Below, piece by piece: positions 17,968-26,246 of a stretch of DNA of 46,909 nucleotides (its first letter is position 1; the number at the start of each line of letters is the position of its first letter). The stretch comes from Minisyncoccia bacterium (GTDB lineage Bacteria > Patescibacteriota > Minisyncoccia > 2-02-FULL-40-12 > IGHO2-01-FULL-4-A). The notes under the pieces were generated by a model, which searched no databases, was not told where the DNA came from, and worked only from the letters and a program-made list of their open reading frames with translations. A program made the position numbers and the translations under genes. The stretch is taken from NCBI GenBank assembly GCA_041499075.1, contig JBGQJN010000004.1, positions 1 to 46,909 on the forward strand, read 5' to 3'.

Positions 17968-19728
17968 ATGTCCAATAGCGACTTAGCTAAAATTCTTCGT
18001 GATATGGGCACCTTACTTGATATGAAGGGGGTTGATTTCAAGCCGCGGGCTTATGAGCATGCGGCATTCTCAATTGAATCGCTTGGAGAAGATGTGGATG
18101 AGATTTACAAAAAGGGTGGTCTTAAGGCAATTGAAGACATACCCGGTGTAGGCAAGGGTATCGGCGAACGCATTGAAGAATACCTCAAAACCGGCCGTAT
18201 CAAAGATTACGAGAAACTTAAAAAAGAGTACCCAATTGATGTTGAGAGCTTGATGGCTGTAGAAGGTATTGGACCAAAACTTGTAAAAAAACTTTATCAA
18301 AAACTAAAAATCAAAAACCTTACCGAGCTTGAACACGCAGCTAAATCAGGCAAATTAAGTGGGCTTGAGGGCCTTGGCGAGAAGTCAGAAGAAAAAGTTC
18401 TCAAAAGTATTGCGTTCTTGCGCCAATCACATGGACGTTTCTTGCTGGGTACGGTCTTGCCGATTGCCCGCAAAATGTTGGATGCGCTTCGTGAACTTCC
18501 TTACGTAAAAAGAGCTGAATACGCCGGCTCAATCAGACGCATGCAAGAAACAGTCGGCGATCTGGACATACTCGTGATCTCTGACAAACCGTCGCAAGTA
18601 ATGGATTATTTCACTAGCATGGGCGAGGTCAGGGACGTATTAAGCAAAGGCTCAACCAAAACATCGGTTAGGCTTAATATCGGCATGGATGCTGACCTGC
18701 GCGTCTTACCGCCGGAATCGTTCGGCGCGGCTTGGCAATACTTTACGGGTGATAAGTATCACAACATCGCAGTTCGTGAAATTGCCATCAAAAGGGGGTA
18801 CAAGCTTAATGAGTATGGTCTATATTCCGCCAGAGGCGGATCCGCCTTTGGCGGAAAAGGTAATAAGTTAGTTGCCGGTAAAACCGAGGAAAAAATTTAC
18901 AAAAAGCTCGGCATGGCCTGGATGGAACCGGAAATCAGGACCAATAGTGGTGAGGTAGAGGCAGCCCTTCGACAAGCTCAGGGTAAACTACCAGGATTAC
19001 CGAAATTGATAGGTTATAATGACATCAAAGGCGATTTACAGGTACAAACCGCTTGGACTGACGGTGAAAATACGATCAAAGAGATGGCTGTAGCTGCCAA
19101 AAAACAAGGTTTGGAATATATCGTCATCACCGACCACACAAAATCGCTGGCTATGACCGGCGGTTCAGATGAGAAACGCTTACTCAAGCAGATGGCCGAG
19201 ATAGATAAAGTGCAGAAACAAGTTAGCGGTATAAAAATCTTAAAAGGTGCCGAAGTTAATATTAACAGGGATGGCACGCTAGATATCAAAGATGAAGTGT
19301 TATCTAAGCTAGATGTAGTTGGCGTGTCGGTACACTCTCATTTCAATATGTCTGAACAAGAAATGACCACGCGCATAATCAAAGCCATGGAGAATCCAAA
19401 TGCCGATATACTTTTTCATCTTACTGGCCGACTTATACAAAAACGTGAACCATATAAGCTAAACGTGAGTGAGGTAATCAAAGCCGCTAAACGCACTAGA
19501 ACCGTTCTTGAAATCAATGCTTACCCAGAACGGCTTGACTTGAAGGACGAGTACATTCGTAAAGCCGTCGCTGCCGGCGTAAAACTAGTTATAGATTCCG
19601 ATGCCCACGCAACCAGTCATTTCAAATTCATGGAGTTTGGCATAGCACAAGCTAGACGCGGCTGGGCAGAGAAAAAAGATATAATTAATAGCCGCTCCTG
19701 GCAGAAAATGATTAAATTATTAAAGTAG
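17968..19728 (+). CDS. family X DNA polymerase with C-terminal PHP phosphoesterase domain
   Basis: HhH and PolX core …GVGKGIGERIEEY…GSIRRMQETVGDLDILV… followed by PHP motifs …VITDHT…HSHF…. Confidence 0.9.
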   Translation: MSNSDLAKILRDMGTLLDMKGVDFKPRAYEHAAFSIESLGEDVDEIYKKGGLKAIEDIPGVGKGIGERIEEYLKTGRIKDYEKLKKEYPIDVESLMAVEGIGPKLVKKLYQKLKIKNLTELEHAAKSGKLSGLEGLGEKSEEKVLKSIAFLRQSHGRFLLGTVLPIARKMLDALRELPYVKRAEYAGSIRRMQETVGDLDILVISDKPSQVMDYFTSMGEVRDVLSKGSTKTSVRLNIGMDADLRVLPPESFGAAWQYFTGDKYHNIAVREIAIKRGYKLNEYGLYSARGGSAFGGKGNKLVAGKTEEKIYKKLGMAWMEPEIRTNSGEVEAALRQAQGKLPGLPKLIGYNDIKGDLQVQTAWTDGENTIKEMAVAAKKQGLEYIVITDHTKSLAMTGGSDEKRLLKQMAEIDKVQKQVSGIKILKGAEVNINRDGTLDIKDEVLSKLDVVGVSVHSHFNMSEQEMTTRIIKAMENPNADILFHLTGRLIQKREPYKLNVSEVIKAAKRTRTVLEINAYPERLDLKDEYIRKAVAAGVKLVIDSDAHATSHFKFMEFGIAQARRGWAEKKDIINSRSWQKMIKLLK

Positions 19729-19756
19729 AAGCCCCACGAGTTGTCAATGGGGCTTC
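19728..19756 (+). terminator. hairpin gaagcccc-N13-ggggcttc immediately after the PolX stop
   Basis: Inverted repeat seen directly. There is no clear T-tract. Confidence 0.3.
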
Positions 19757-19855
19757 GGGCCTGATGGGCCACCTGCGGTGGATTTACACCGTTGTTCGAA
19801 GGAGTCTAAGGGAAGAGCCCAACTCTTATGGCCACTATAACCTAAGCTTGCCATT

Positions 19856-20116
19856 ATGTCCACAACCAAATTCAGAAAAAAGGTTTATAATATAGTCAAG
19901 ACTATCGAAGCTGGTCATACTATGACTTATGCTGAAGTTGCCAAGCTAATAGGCAACCCACGAGCGGCTAGGGCAGTTGGTAATGTACTCAAGAAAAATT
20001 ACGATCCATCCATTCCCTGCCACAGAGTTATCAGAGCGGATGGCTGTATCGGCGAATACAACAGAGGCGCTGAAACCAAGATCAGACTGCTCAAAAAAGA
20101 GGGTGTGATCTTATGA
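19856..20116 (+). CDS. minimal methylated-DNA-protein-cysteine methyltransferase (DNA-binding/active-site domain only)
   Basis: HTH …TYAEVAKLIGNPRAARAVGNV… plus the active-site PCHRV with Cys retained. Total 86 aa. Confidence 0.8.
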   Translation: MSTTKFRKKVYNIVKTIEAGHTMTYAEVAKLIGNPRAARAVGNVLKKNYDPSIPCHRVIRADGCIGEYNRGAETKIRLLKKEGVIL

Positions 20117-20120
20117 TTTT

Positions 20121-21254
20121 ATGGCATATCGAATATTACTTACAGGCGGCGGTTCTGGTGGACATGTCTACCCGCTGATTGCCGTGGCTGAAGATCTCAG
20201 GGAACTAGCTTCCCAAAAAAACATAAATCTGAAAATGGAGTTTATCGGCGATGCTGCTTTTTTTCGTCAAGTTATCGGCAAAAATGGCATAAGTTCTAAA
20301 AATATCCTTGCCCCCAAGTGGCGACGCTATAACAGCCTGAAAAACTTCATTGACATTTTGAAACTGCCTGTCGCGATCGTGCAGTCATTTTTCTATGTCT
20401 GGTTATATATGCCTGACCTGATTTTTTCAAAGGGCGGTTATGACTCATTTTTGCCTTCGCTTGTCGGTAGAATATTCCTGATCCCACTGGTAATTCATGA
20501 ATCGGATGCCATACCCGGAAAGGCTAATCTATGGCTTGGCGGCAGAGCAAAAAAGATTTTCCTGGGATTTGAAGAAGCTAAAAACTATTTCAAAAATGGC
20601 AAAACTGAAACCGTCGGCAACCCGATAAGAAAAGGCTTACTCAACATAACCGACCGCACCAGCGCGATTACTTCGTTCAGTCTTGACCCAGCAAAACCCA
20701 CGATTTTAATAACCGGCGCCAGCCAGGGAGCTCAAGTAATCAACAGAATCATCCTCTCATCGCTCGTTGAATTGACGAAACGTTTTCAGATTATCCATCA
20801 ATGCGGCTTCAAAAATTATGATGAGACAAATGCCCAGATACTAAAAACAGTCAAAGAAGGTGAGACAAGCTACGGCCCCAATATCACCCAAAATTACAGG
20901 CTCTACCCGTTTTTTGATTTAGGCCAAATGGCGCTGGCTTATTCAGCGGCCGATGTCGTCGTTTGCCGCGCCGGCGGTCAGTCGATTTTTGAGGCCGCCG
21001 ATCTTGGCAAACCATCTATTTTGATACCGCTTAAAGGCTCGGCCAATGACCATCAGCTTACTAATGCTAAAGAGTTTGCTAAATTCGGAGCGTTGGTTAT
21101 TGAAGAAGATAATCTTACGCCGCATCTTTTAATCAACAGTATTCAGCACGTCTATGATAACCGGTCCACTATTTCTCAGAAGATAAGACAGTTTGCCAGG
21201 CCAGATGCCGCCAGAACGATTGCCCAAGATTTACTGAACATAATAGCCGGATAA
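20121..21254 (+). CDS. murG: undecaprenyldiphospho-muramoylpentapeptide beta-N-acetylglucosaminyltransferase
   Basis: N-terminus ILLTGGGSGGHVYP. C-terminal GT-B domain …CRAGGQSIFE…. Confidence 0.9.
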   Translation: MAYRILLTGGGSGGHVYPLIAVAEDLRELASQKNINLKMEFIGDAAFFRQVIGKNGISSKNILAPKWRRYNSLKNFIDILKLPVAIVQSFFYVWLYMPDLIFSKGGYDSFLPSLVGRIFLIPLVIHESDAIPGKANLWLGGRAKKIFLGFEEAKNYFKNGKTETVGNPIRKGLLNITDRTSAITSFSLDPAKPTILITGASQGAQVINRIILSSLVELTKRFQIIHQCGFKNYDETNAQILKTVKEGETSYGPNITQNYRLYPFFDLGQMALAYSAADVVVCRAGGQSIFEAADLGKPSILIPLKGSANDHQLTNAKEFAKFGALVIEEDNLTPHLLINSIQHVYDNRSTISQKIRQFARPDAARTIAQDLLNIIAG

Positions 21255-21262
21255 AATAAATT

Positions 21263-22120
21263 ATGCTTTGGCAAACCATAGGTTTTGATAAAATTAAAGG
21301 ATTATTTAATAAGACTCTGAACGAGAATACGTTTGGCCATGCTTACATTTTTACGGGCGAAGATATGATCGGTAAAAAAACTTTTGCTCTCGAACTAGCC
21401 GGTATAGCCACTGGCCCTCAACCGTCAAAGTTCAATCCCGATGTATTATTCATAGACACGGCTAATTCAGAAAGCGGCCAGTCAATTACCATTGACGGCA
21501 TACGTCAAGTCAAAAATTTTGTTTCTCTAAGCGCTTACAGCGGCAACCGTAAATTTATAATAATTGATGAAGCCCAACTAATGACCGATGAGGCCCAAAA
21601 TGCATCGCTCAAAATACTTGAGGAACCGAATCCATCATCTATCATGATATTAGTAACTTCCAATCCAGGCTTGCTTTTGCCGACCGTCGTCTCGCGATGC
21701 CAAGAAATCAGGTTTCCGATGCACCGGCCCGCTGTTGTAAGGGAAATACTGGAGTCTGCCAGTTTGACCAAAACTCAAATTGAATTTCTGGCTGAATTTT
21801 GCGGCGGTCGTCTGGGCCTGGCCAAAAGGATTATTGCCGGAGATTCATTTGAAAATGTGAAAAAATCAGTGGAAGAACTTATGCATTTGATAAAGTCTGA
21901 CCTAAACGAAAGACTGGCAGTCGCTCAAAAAATGACTGATGAAAAAAACAAAGCCGAATTAGCCGACAAAATTTTGTATTGGACCCTCTACTTGAGAACT
22001 CGCATAGACGAACCCAAAAGCCACAAGATACTAAACGGCCTACTCAGTCTCCATCGAACCCTCAATCAACCGCAATTCAACCAGCGTCTGGCACTAGAAA
22101 ACTTCCTGGTCCAGTTTTAG
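21263..22120 (+). CDS. holB: DNA polymerase III subunit delta'
   Basis: …FGHAYIFTGEDMIGKKTFA… is the clamp-loader AAA+ fold with a degenerate P-loop. …FIIIDEAQLM… and SRC …VSRCQ…. Confidence 0.85.
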   Translation: MLWQTIGFDKIKGLFNKTLNENTFGHAYIFTGEDMIGKKTFALELAGIATGPQPSKFNPDVLFIDTANSESGQSITIDGIRQVKNFVSLSAYSGNRKFIIIDEAQLMTDEAQNASLKILEEPNPSSIMILVTSNPGLLLPTVVSRCQEIRFPMHRPAVVREILESASLTKTQIEFLAEFCGGRLGLAKRIIAGDSFENVKKSVEELMHLIKSDLNERLAVAQKMTDEKNKAELADKILYWTLYLRTRIDEPKSHKILNGLLSLHRTLNQPQFNQRLALENFLVQF

Positions 22121-22133
22121 ATCGCCACGCTCT

Positions 22134-23906
22134 TTATTTACCCTGGATCTTCTTAAGCAATGAACTGATTGCCGAGGCGGTTTGCGGATCACCCGAAGAA
22201 AGCCCTGTGCCTTTTTGCAGATTGTCCAGGGCAAGATTAATTTTGTTTAAAGCGGCATAGATTAACCCAAGGTTATAGTAGATCTTGGGCTCAAGCGGTT
22301 TGAGCTTTTTTAAAATTTCGAGCATTGCCGCCGCACCCTCTAATTCTCCCCTGCCTGCGTAGATAACCGCCAAATTTTGATATGAAAATGGAAACGATGG
22401 GTCAACCTGTATCGCTTTTTTGTACTCCTGAATTGCCAGATCTATATTCCCCTTGTCTCTGTAAAGATTGGCTAGGTTGTAATGCGGCTGGGCAAAAGAG
22501 TCACCCTGCGGACCAGTAACTGCTTTTTGATAAGTTTCAATTGCTTTGTCCAATTCGCCATTGCCGGCATAATAATTGGCAAGGTTGTTCAATATCCTAA
22601 TACTCAGAGGATTGTATTTCAAAATATCCTGATAGAATTTTACCGGATCGCTCCAAGCAACATTACGCTTGAAAGAAGCAATTGCGAAAAAAGAGAAGTA
22701 AGAAACTAAAACGGCAACAACTAAAGCGCGTGCCAAAATCCATTTTTTGATTATAAGAAAATCTAACAGCTTGTCCAGATAAAATCCGGCCAGAGTAAAT
22801 AAACCAATAAGCGGCAGGTAAAGCCAATGTTCATAGATAAGGGCGTTTATCGGTACAATACCGGAGACGGGAGCCAAAGCGACGAAAAACCAAGACCAGG
22901 AGAAAAACCAGATTTTGCTTTGAAATTTTTGTTCCTTTTTGTATAAGACGAATCCACAATAAATAATCACGGCAACTATAAGCACACACAACCAGACTGG
23001 CCACTCTAAAATTGAAGTATTAACAGAAATTTCGCGCTCCATATGTAAGCCCAAGGGCACCAAGATCAGTTTAAAGTATTCAATCAGGGCATGACCGAAA
23101 GTGTACAAACGATAACTCAAATGGCGAGTGTACTCATTGGATTCCGAATAAAAATTCAATGTGTTTTGAAAATTCAAAATGGTTAATCTCAACATGGCGT
23201 AAACAGCCGTAAGTACCCAATACGGCCAAGTTTTAATCAGGGCATGCTTAAATTTTCTAAAAAAACTAAAATTAGCCTGGTTATCATTATCCGGCTTAGT
23301 ATCCAAAAAAGAAACATAAAATATCACTAACAGAACCGGCAGAAGGACGGCGGTTTCTCTGCTCAATATAGCCAAAGCAAAAGAGGCTAAAGCTAGTAAA
23401 TAATAGGCCATCGCTCCGGGTCTAACTTGACTTCTTATAAAAAACCACAGGGCCAAAAGCATGAAGAAAACCGACATCGGATCACCGCGGCCGGAAATAT
23501 AAGTCACGGCTTCTGTTTGCAAAGGATGAATTAAAAATAAGAGCGCCGCCAGAAACGCCGGCAACTTTTTTTTGAAAACGTAAAAAAGTATCAGAAATAT
23601 CAGGACACCGTTGGCAATATGGAAATCGTTGCTGACCAAATGATAGCCTAACGGCTTAACACCGTCTAAAACATAGTTGAAAGCAAAACTTACCAGGAGC
23701 AACGGCCGATAATAATTACTGCCCAGACCAAAGCCGGATAAAATATCCTTACTGAATATTTCTTTTAGATGAGAGAAGTTGTGGACAAAAGGATTGCTGA
23801 TTATCCAATCGTCGTCATCCCAAAATAACTTATTGTGTAAGTTAGACGTATAAACAGCAAAACCGATTGCTATCAGCAAAAAGATAATAAGTAATTTATT
23901 TCTCAT
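22134..23906 (-). CDS. TMTC-like GT-C membrane glycosyltransferase with C-terminal TPR repeats
   Basis: N-terminal membrane domain with an FWDDD…NP loop. About 11 TM, then at least 4 TPR repeats (…YNLANLYRDKGNIDLAIQEYKKAI…). Confidence 0.7.
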   Translation of the reverse strand: MRNKLLIIFLLIAIGFAVYTSNLHNKLFWDDDDWIISNPFVHNFSHLKEIFSKDILSGFGLGSNYYRPLLLVSFAFNYVLDGVKPLGYHLVSNDFHIANGVLIFLILFYVFKKKLPAFLAALLFLIHPLQTEAVTYISGRGDPMSVFFMLLALWFFIRSQVRPGAMAYYLLALASFALAILSRETAVLLPVLLVIFYVSFLDTKPDNDNQANFSFFRKFKHALIKTWPYWVLTAVYAMLRLTILNFQNTLNFYSESNEYTRHLSYRLYTFGHALIEYFKLILVPLGLHMEREISVNTSILEWPVWLCVLIVAVIIYCGFVLYKKEQKFQSKIWFFSWSWFFVALAPVSGIVPINALIYEHWLYLPLIGLFTLAGFYLDKLLDFLIIKKWILARALVVAVLVSYFSFFAIASFKRNVAWSDPVKFYQDILKYNPLSIRILNNLANYYAGNGELDKAIETYQKAVTGPQGDSFAQPHYNLANLYRDKGNIDLAIQEYKKAIQVDPSFPFSYQNLAVIYAGRGELEGAAAMLEILKKLKPLEPKIYYNLGLIYAALNKINLALDNLQKGTGLSSGDPQTASAISSLLKKIQGK

Positions 23907-23909
23907 CTA

Positions 23910-24530
23910 TTAATAATCTAATATAACCTGCGTCTGGCCGGAACATTGGGCTTCATAGAGCTTGACATCACCATTGATTAAACGGCCATAAGTTATAGAG
24001 GCGGTTAGGGCGTAAGACTTGGATTTGGGCGAAGCCGGCAAAGTAGCATCTATAGAGCTGCTACCATCCGGAATTTGCAAACCTGCGACAAGATTCGGGC
24101 CGACTTTGAGGTCGTCAGTTGGAGAAACATTCCATTTTATTTGTCTGGCCGGACTGTCAATACCTGTATAGGCAATGGTATTATTGATATTTTTGTATGT
24201 TGTCGGATTCAAAAACTCAAGTGTACCGCTAAGCTGGCATGTTGCCGGTTTTGTTAATTGGCTGTAGGGCACGCTTGGCGGAACTGATTGGCCGCCGTTG
24301 ATAAGTTTTTCAATTTCTTGTGGCGTTAAAGATTGCAGATCTTTGCCGGATGGCTTGCCTAAAAATGTCGTATTCGGTCCGGGGTTAGGACTACCGGATA
24401 TACTGGGGCTGGGAGAAGTATTACTGACCTGTATCTGGGAATTGCGTTGCCTAAAATGATTGACTAGAAACAAACCAAGTATCAACACTAATATTGATGC
24501 TATAATTACAATATTTTTATTCATGACCAT
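23910..24530 (-). CDS. secreted or membrane-anchored hypothetical protein with a Ser/Pro-rich linker
   Basis: N-terminal TM/signal segment, then SNTSPSPSISGSPNPGPNT. Confidence 0.55.
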   Translation of the reverse strand: MVMNKNIVIIASILVLILGLFLVNHFRQRNSQIQVSNTSPSPSISGSPNPGPNTTFLGKPSGKDLQSLTPQEIEKLINGGQSVPPSVPYSQLTKPATCQLSGTLEFLNPTTYKNINNTIAYTGIDSPARQIKWNVSPTDDLKVGPNLVAGLQIPDGSSSIDATLPASPKSKSYALTASITYGRLINGDVKLYEAQCSGQTQVILDY

Positions 24531-24556
24531 ATTTTATACCAAGTGTTTGTTTTTTT

Positions 24557-24606
24557 CAACTATCAAACCTAAAACCGCCGAAAGGCGGTTTTAGGTTTGA
24601 TAGTTG
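24557..24606 (-). terminator. perfect 23-bp palindromic hairpin terminator with a GAAA loop, 5 nt after the stop of the SH3b-protein gene
   Basis: caactatcaaacctaaaaccgcc-gaaa-ggcggttttaggtttgatagttg read directly. Confidence 0.7.
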
Positions 24607-24610
24607 AAAG

Positions 24611-26083
24611 TTATTGCTCTAAAACGTAGCCCGATGACACCCAGCCCATTTGACCGTTTGGCAATGTTATTTCAAACCAGCCGTTTTGTGAATCTTTTTT
24701 GTCAAACTGATCGCCGGGCATGAAGCCGCCTATGATCTTGCCTTTCAATGAAGGCAGACTACGGACATTAAGTTTCCTGATTCCTTTCTTGAGATTTAAC
24801 TTACTTGCAATTTTGAGGTTAGCAAAATTATTACCGGAAACCACCTGCACATCGGACCAATTATAGCCGCCACTAGTAAAATCCTGTAAACTTTTTATCC
24901 AGTGAAGCCAGCCGCCATCATCTTGGACATAAACTTTTGGATCGCCTGACTTTCTGAATAATCTTGAATGTGTCATTGACGTACTTCCTGATGGCCACGG
25001 AGATATTGAAGGTGTTGGTGTCGGTGTCGGACTCTCCGTAACGCCCGGGGTGGGGGTAGGCGTCGGTGTGAATGTGACGGTATCACTCCCGCCGCCGCCG
25101 CCGCTACTGCTTAAGCTTGGGTAAATAGTACCGGATATTTGGGCATCACTGGGAGTAGATCTAAGGGCATAAGTTGTCGTGGTAGTAGTGTAACCGGATT
25201 TAGCAAAAGTTGCCGTTGTTGATGAATTTGAAAGAGGGACGGGACAATAATAGATGCCTGTTGTACCACCCTCCGTACAGGTGGTACCGCCAGAATCACC
25301 GGCAGTAAATGTAGCGCCACTGATTACCGCTCCGCTATAAGGCGCTGTCGTAAATTTATAAGCAAAAGGTAACTGGCTGCCATTAAAAGTACTCGTCTGG
25401 CTGTCATCAAAATCCGCAGATTGTGAAGCAGATATAAAATCTGAAAATGTGATAGCAACGGTTTTATTAACATAACCGGGAGCACCACCGGTCAAGGTAC
25501 CGTTACCGGTAGCGGCAATATATTTATTGACACCACTATATGAAGCTGAAGCGGAACTGCCGTCATATGAAGCTGAAGCGGAACTGCCATTAAGGGTCAA
25601 GCTTGGAGTGCCTAACTCATTTTTAACACCAGTAACAACAAAATCATAATCCTGGCTGGCCCTGGCGGTAAAAGCAGCAGCAAGGCTGGAGGATGCCGGA
25701 AGTGCAACTGTCCATTTTCTTGTTACCCAACCATTAATGGAGGCTGATGCCGTGATTGTTGAGCCGTTTTTAAAATCACAACCGGCGTCAGTCATTTCTT
25801 TAGATTTAGAAGCGACTTTTATAATACCGTCTAGCGCCTGCGTGCTTTCGGAAGTGGTGTTATCAGTCACTGAACCGTTACCAGCAGCGCCACATGTCCA
25901 GTGAACTGTTACTCCTTTATCATTCAAGACGTCCAATTCAGTATCTACTCTGAAAAAAACGTACTCTGAAACATCGTTGGCGGCATTTGCTTTGTTCGGC
26001 AAAAGAAGAAAAGCAGAGATTAAAAATATTGGTAAAATCAAAAAACGACCAAGTGGTTTTAAGCGAAACAGTACTTTATTCAT
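24611..26083 (-). CDS. secreted Ser/Thr/Gly-rich surface protein with a (TP)n linker and a C-terminal SH3b domain
   Basis: Signal peptide MNKVLFRLKPLGRFLILPIFLISAFLLLPNKANA. Linker TPTPTPTPGVTESPTPTPTPS. C-terminal …KLNVRSLPSLKGKIIGGFMPGDQF…NGWFEITLPNGQMGWVSSGYV is bacterial-SH3-like. Confidence 0.7.
   Translation of the reverse strand: MNKVLFRLKPLGRFLILPIFLISAFLLLPNKANAANDVSEYVFFRVDTELDVLNDKGVTVHWTCGAAGNGSVTDNTTSESTQALDGIIKVASKSKEMTDAGCDFKNGSTITASASINGWVTRKWTVALPASSSLAAAFTARASQDYDFVVTGVKNELGTPSLTLNGSSASASYDGSSASASYSGVNKYIAATGNGTLTGGAPGYVNKTVAITFSDFISASQSADFDDSQTSTFNGSQLPFAYKFTTAPYSGAVISGATFTAGDSGGTTCTEGGTTGIYYCPVPLSNSSTTATFAKSGYTTTTTTYALRSTPSDAQISGTIYPSLSSSGGGGGSDTVTFTPTPTPTPGVTESPTPTPTPSISPWPSGSTSMTHSRLFRKSGDPKVYVQDDGGWLHWIKSLQDFTSGGYNWSDVQVVSGNNFANLKIASKLNLKKGIRKLNVRSLPSLKGKIIGGFMPGDQFDKKDSQNGWFEITLPNGQMGWVSSGYVLEQ
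25539..25592. repeat. tandem 27-nt direct duplication inside the SH3b-protein gene
   Basis: tatgaagctgaagcggaactgcc(gtca/atta) occurs twice and encodes the SASASYDGS/SASASYSG repeat. Confidence 0.6.
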
Positions 26084-26089
26084 AAGTCA

Positions 26090-26097
26090 ATTATACA
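26090..26097 (-). promoter_or_regulatory. TGTATAAT (-10 with TG) 6 nt upstream of the ATG of the SH3b-protein gene. Possible leaderless transcript.
   Basis: The minus strand reads …ttaatgtataattgacttATG. Confidence 0.3.
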
Positions 26098-26156
26098 TTA
26101 ACCCTGAAATCTATAAAAAGCATTAAGGTGGATAACTTTAATACAAGGGGCGGGAG

Positions 26157-26202
26157 CCGGTAAAATCAAAAACCGCCTTTCGGCGGTTTTTGATTTTACC
26201 GG
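26157..26202 (-). terminator. perfect 21-bp palindromic hairpin terminator downstream of the giant surface-protein gene
   Basis: ccggtaaaatcaaaaaccgcc-tttc-ggcggtttttgattttaccgg. It shares the core aaaaccgcc-N4-ggcggtttt with the 24557 hairpin. Confidence 0.7.
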
Positions 26203-26246
26203 CTAGCTATCCCTGCAAGGAAGATAGTAGCCGGATCAGACCAGGA

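Noticed and set aside
19757-19855. Possible small RNA (SRP or tmRNA-like) between PolX and the MGMT gene
   Set aside because: The region contains only weak short hairpins (ccacc-tgc-ggtgg). There is no GGAAG…AGCAGC SRP motif and no tRNA-like T-arm or acceptor for tmRNA.
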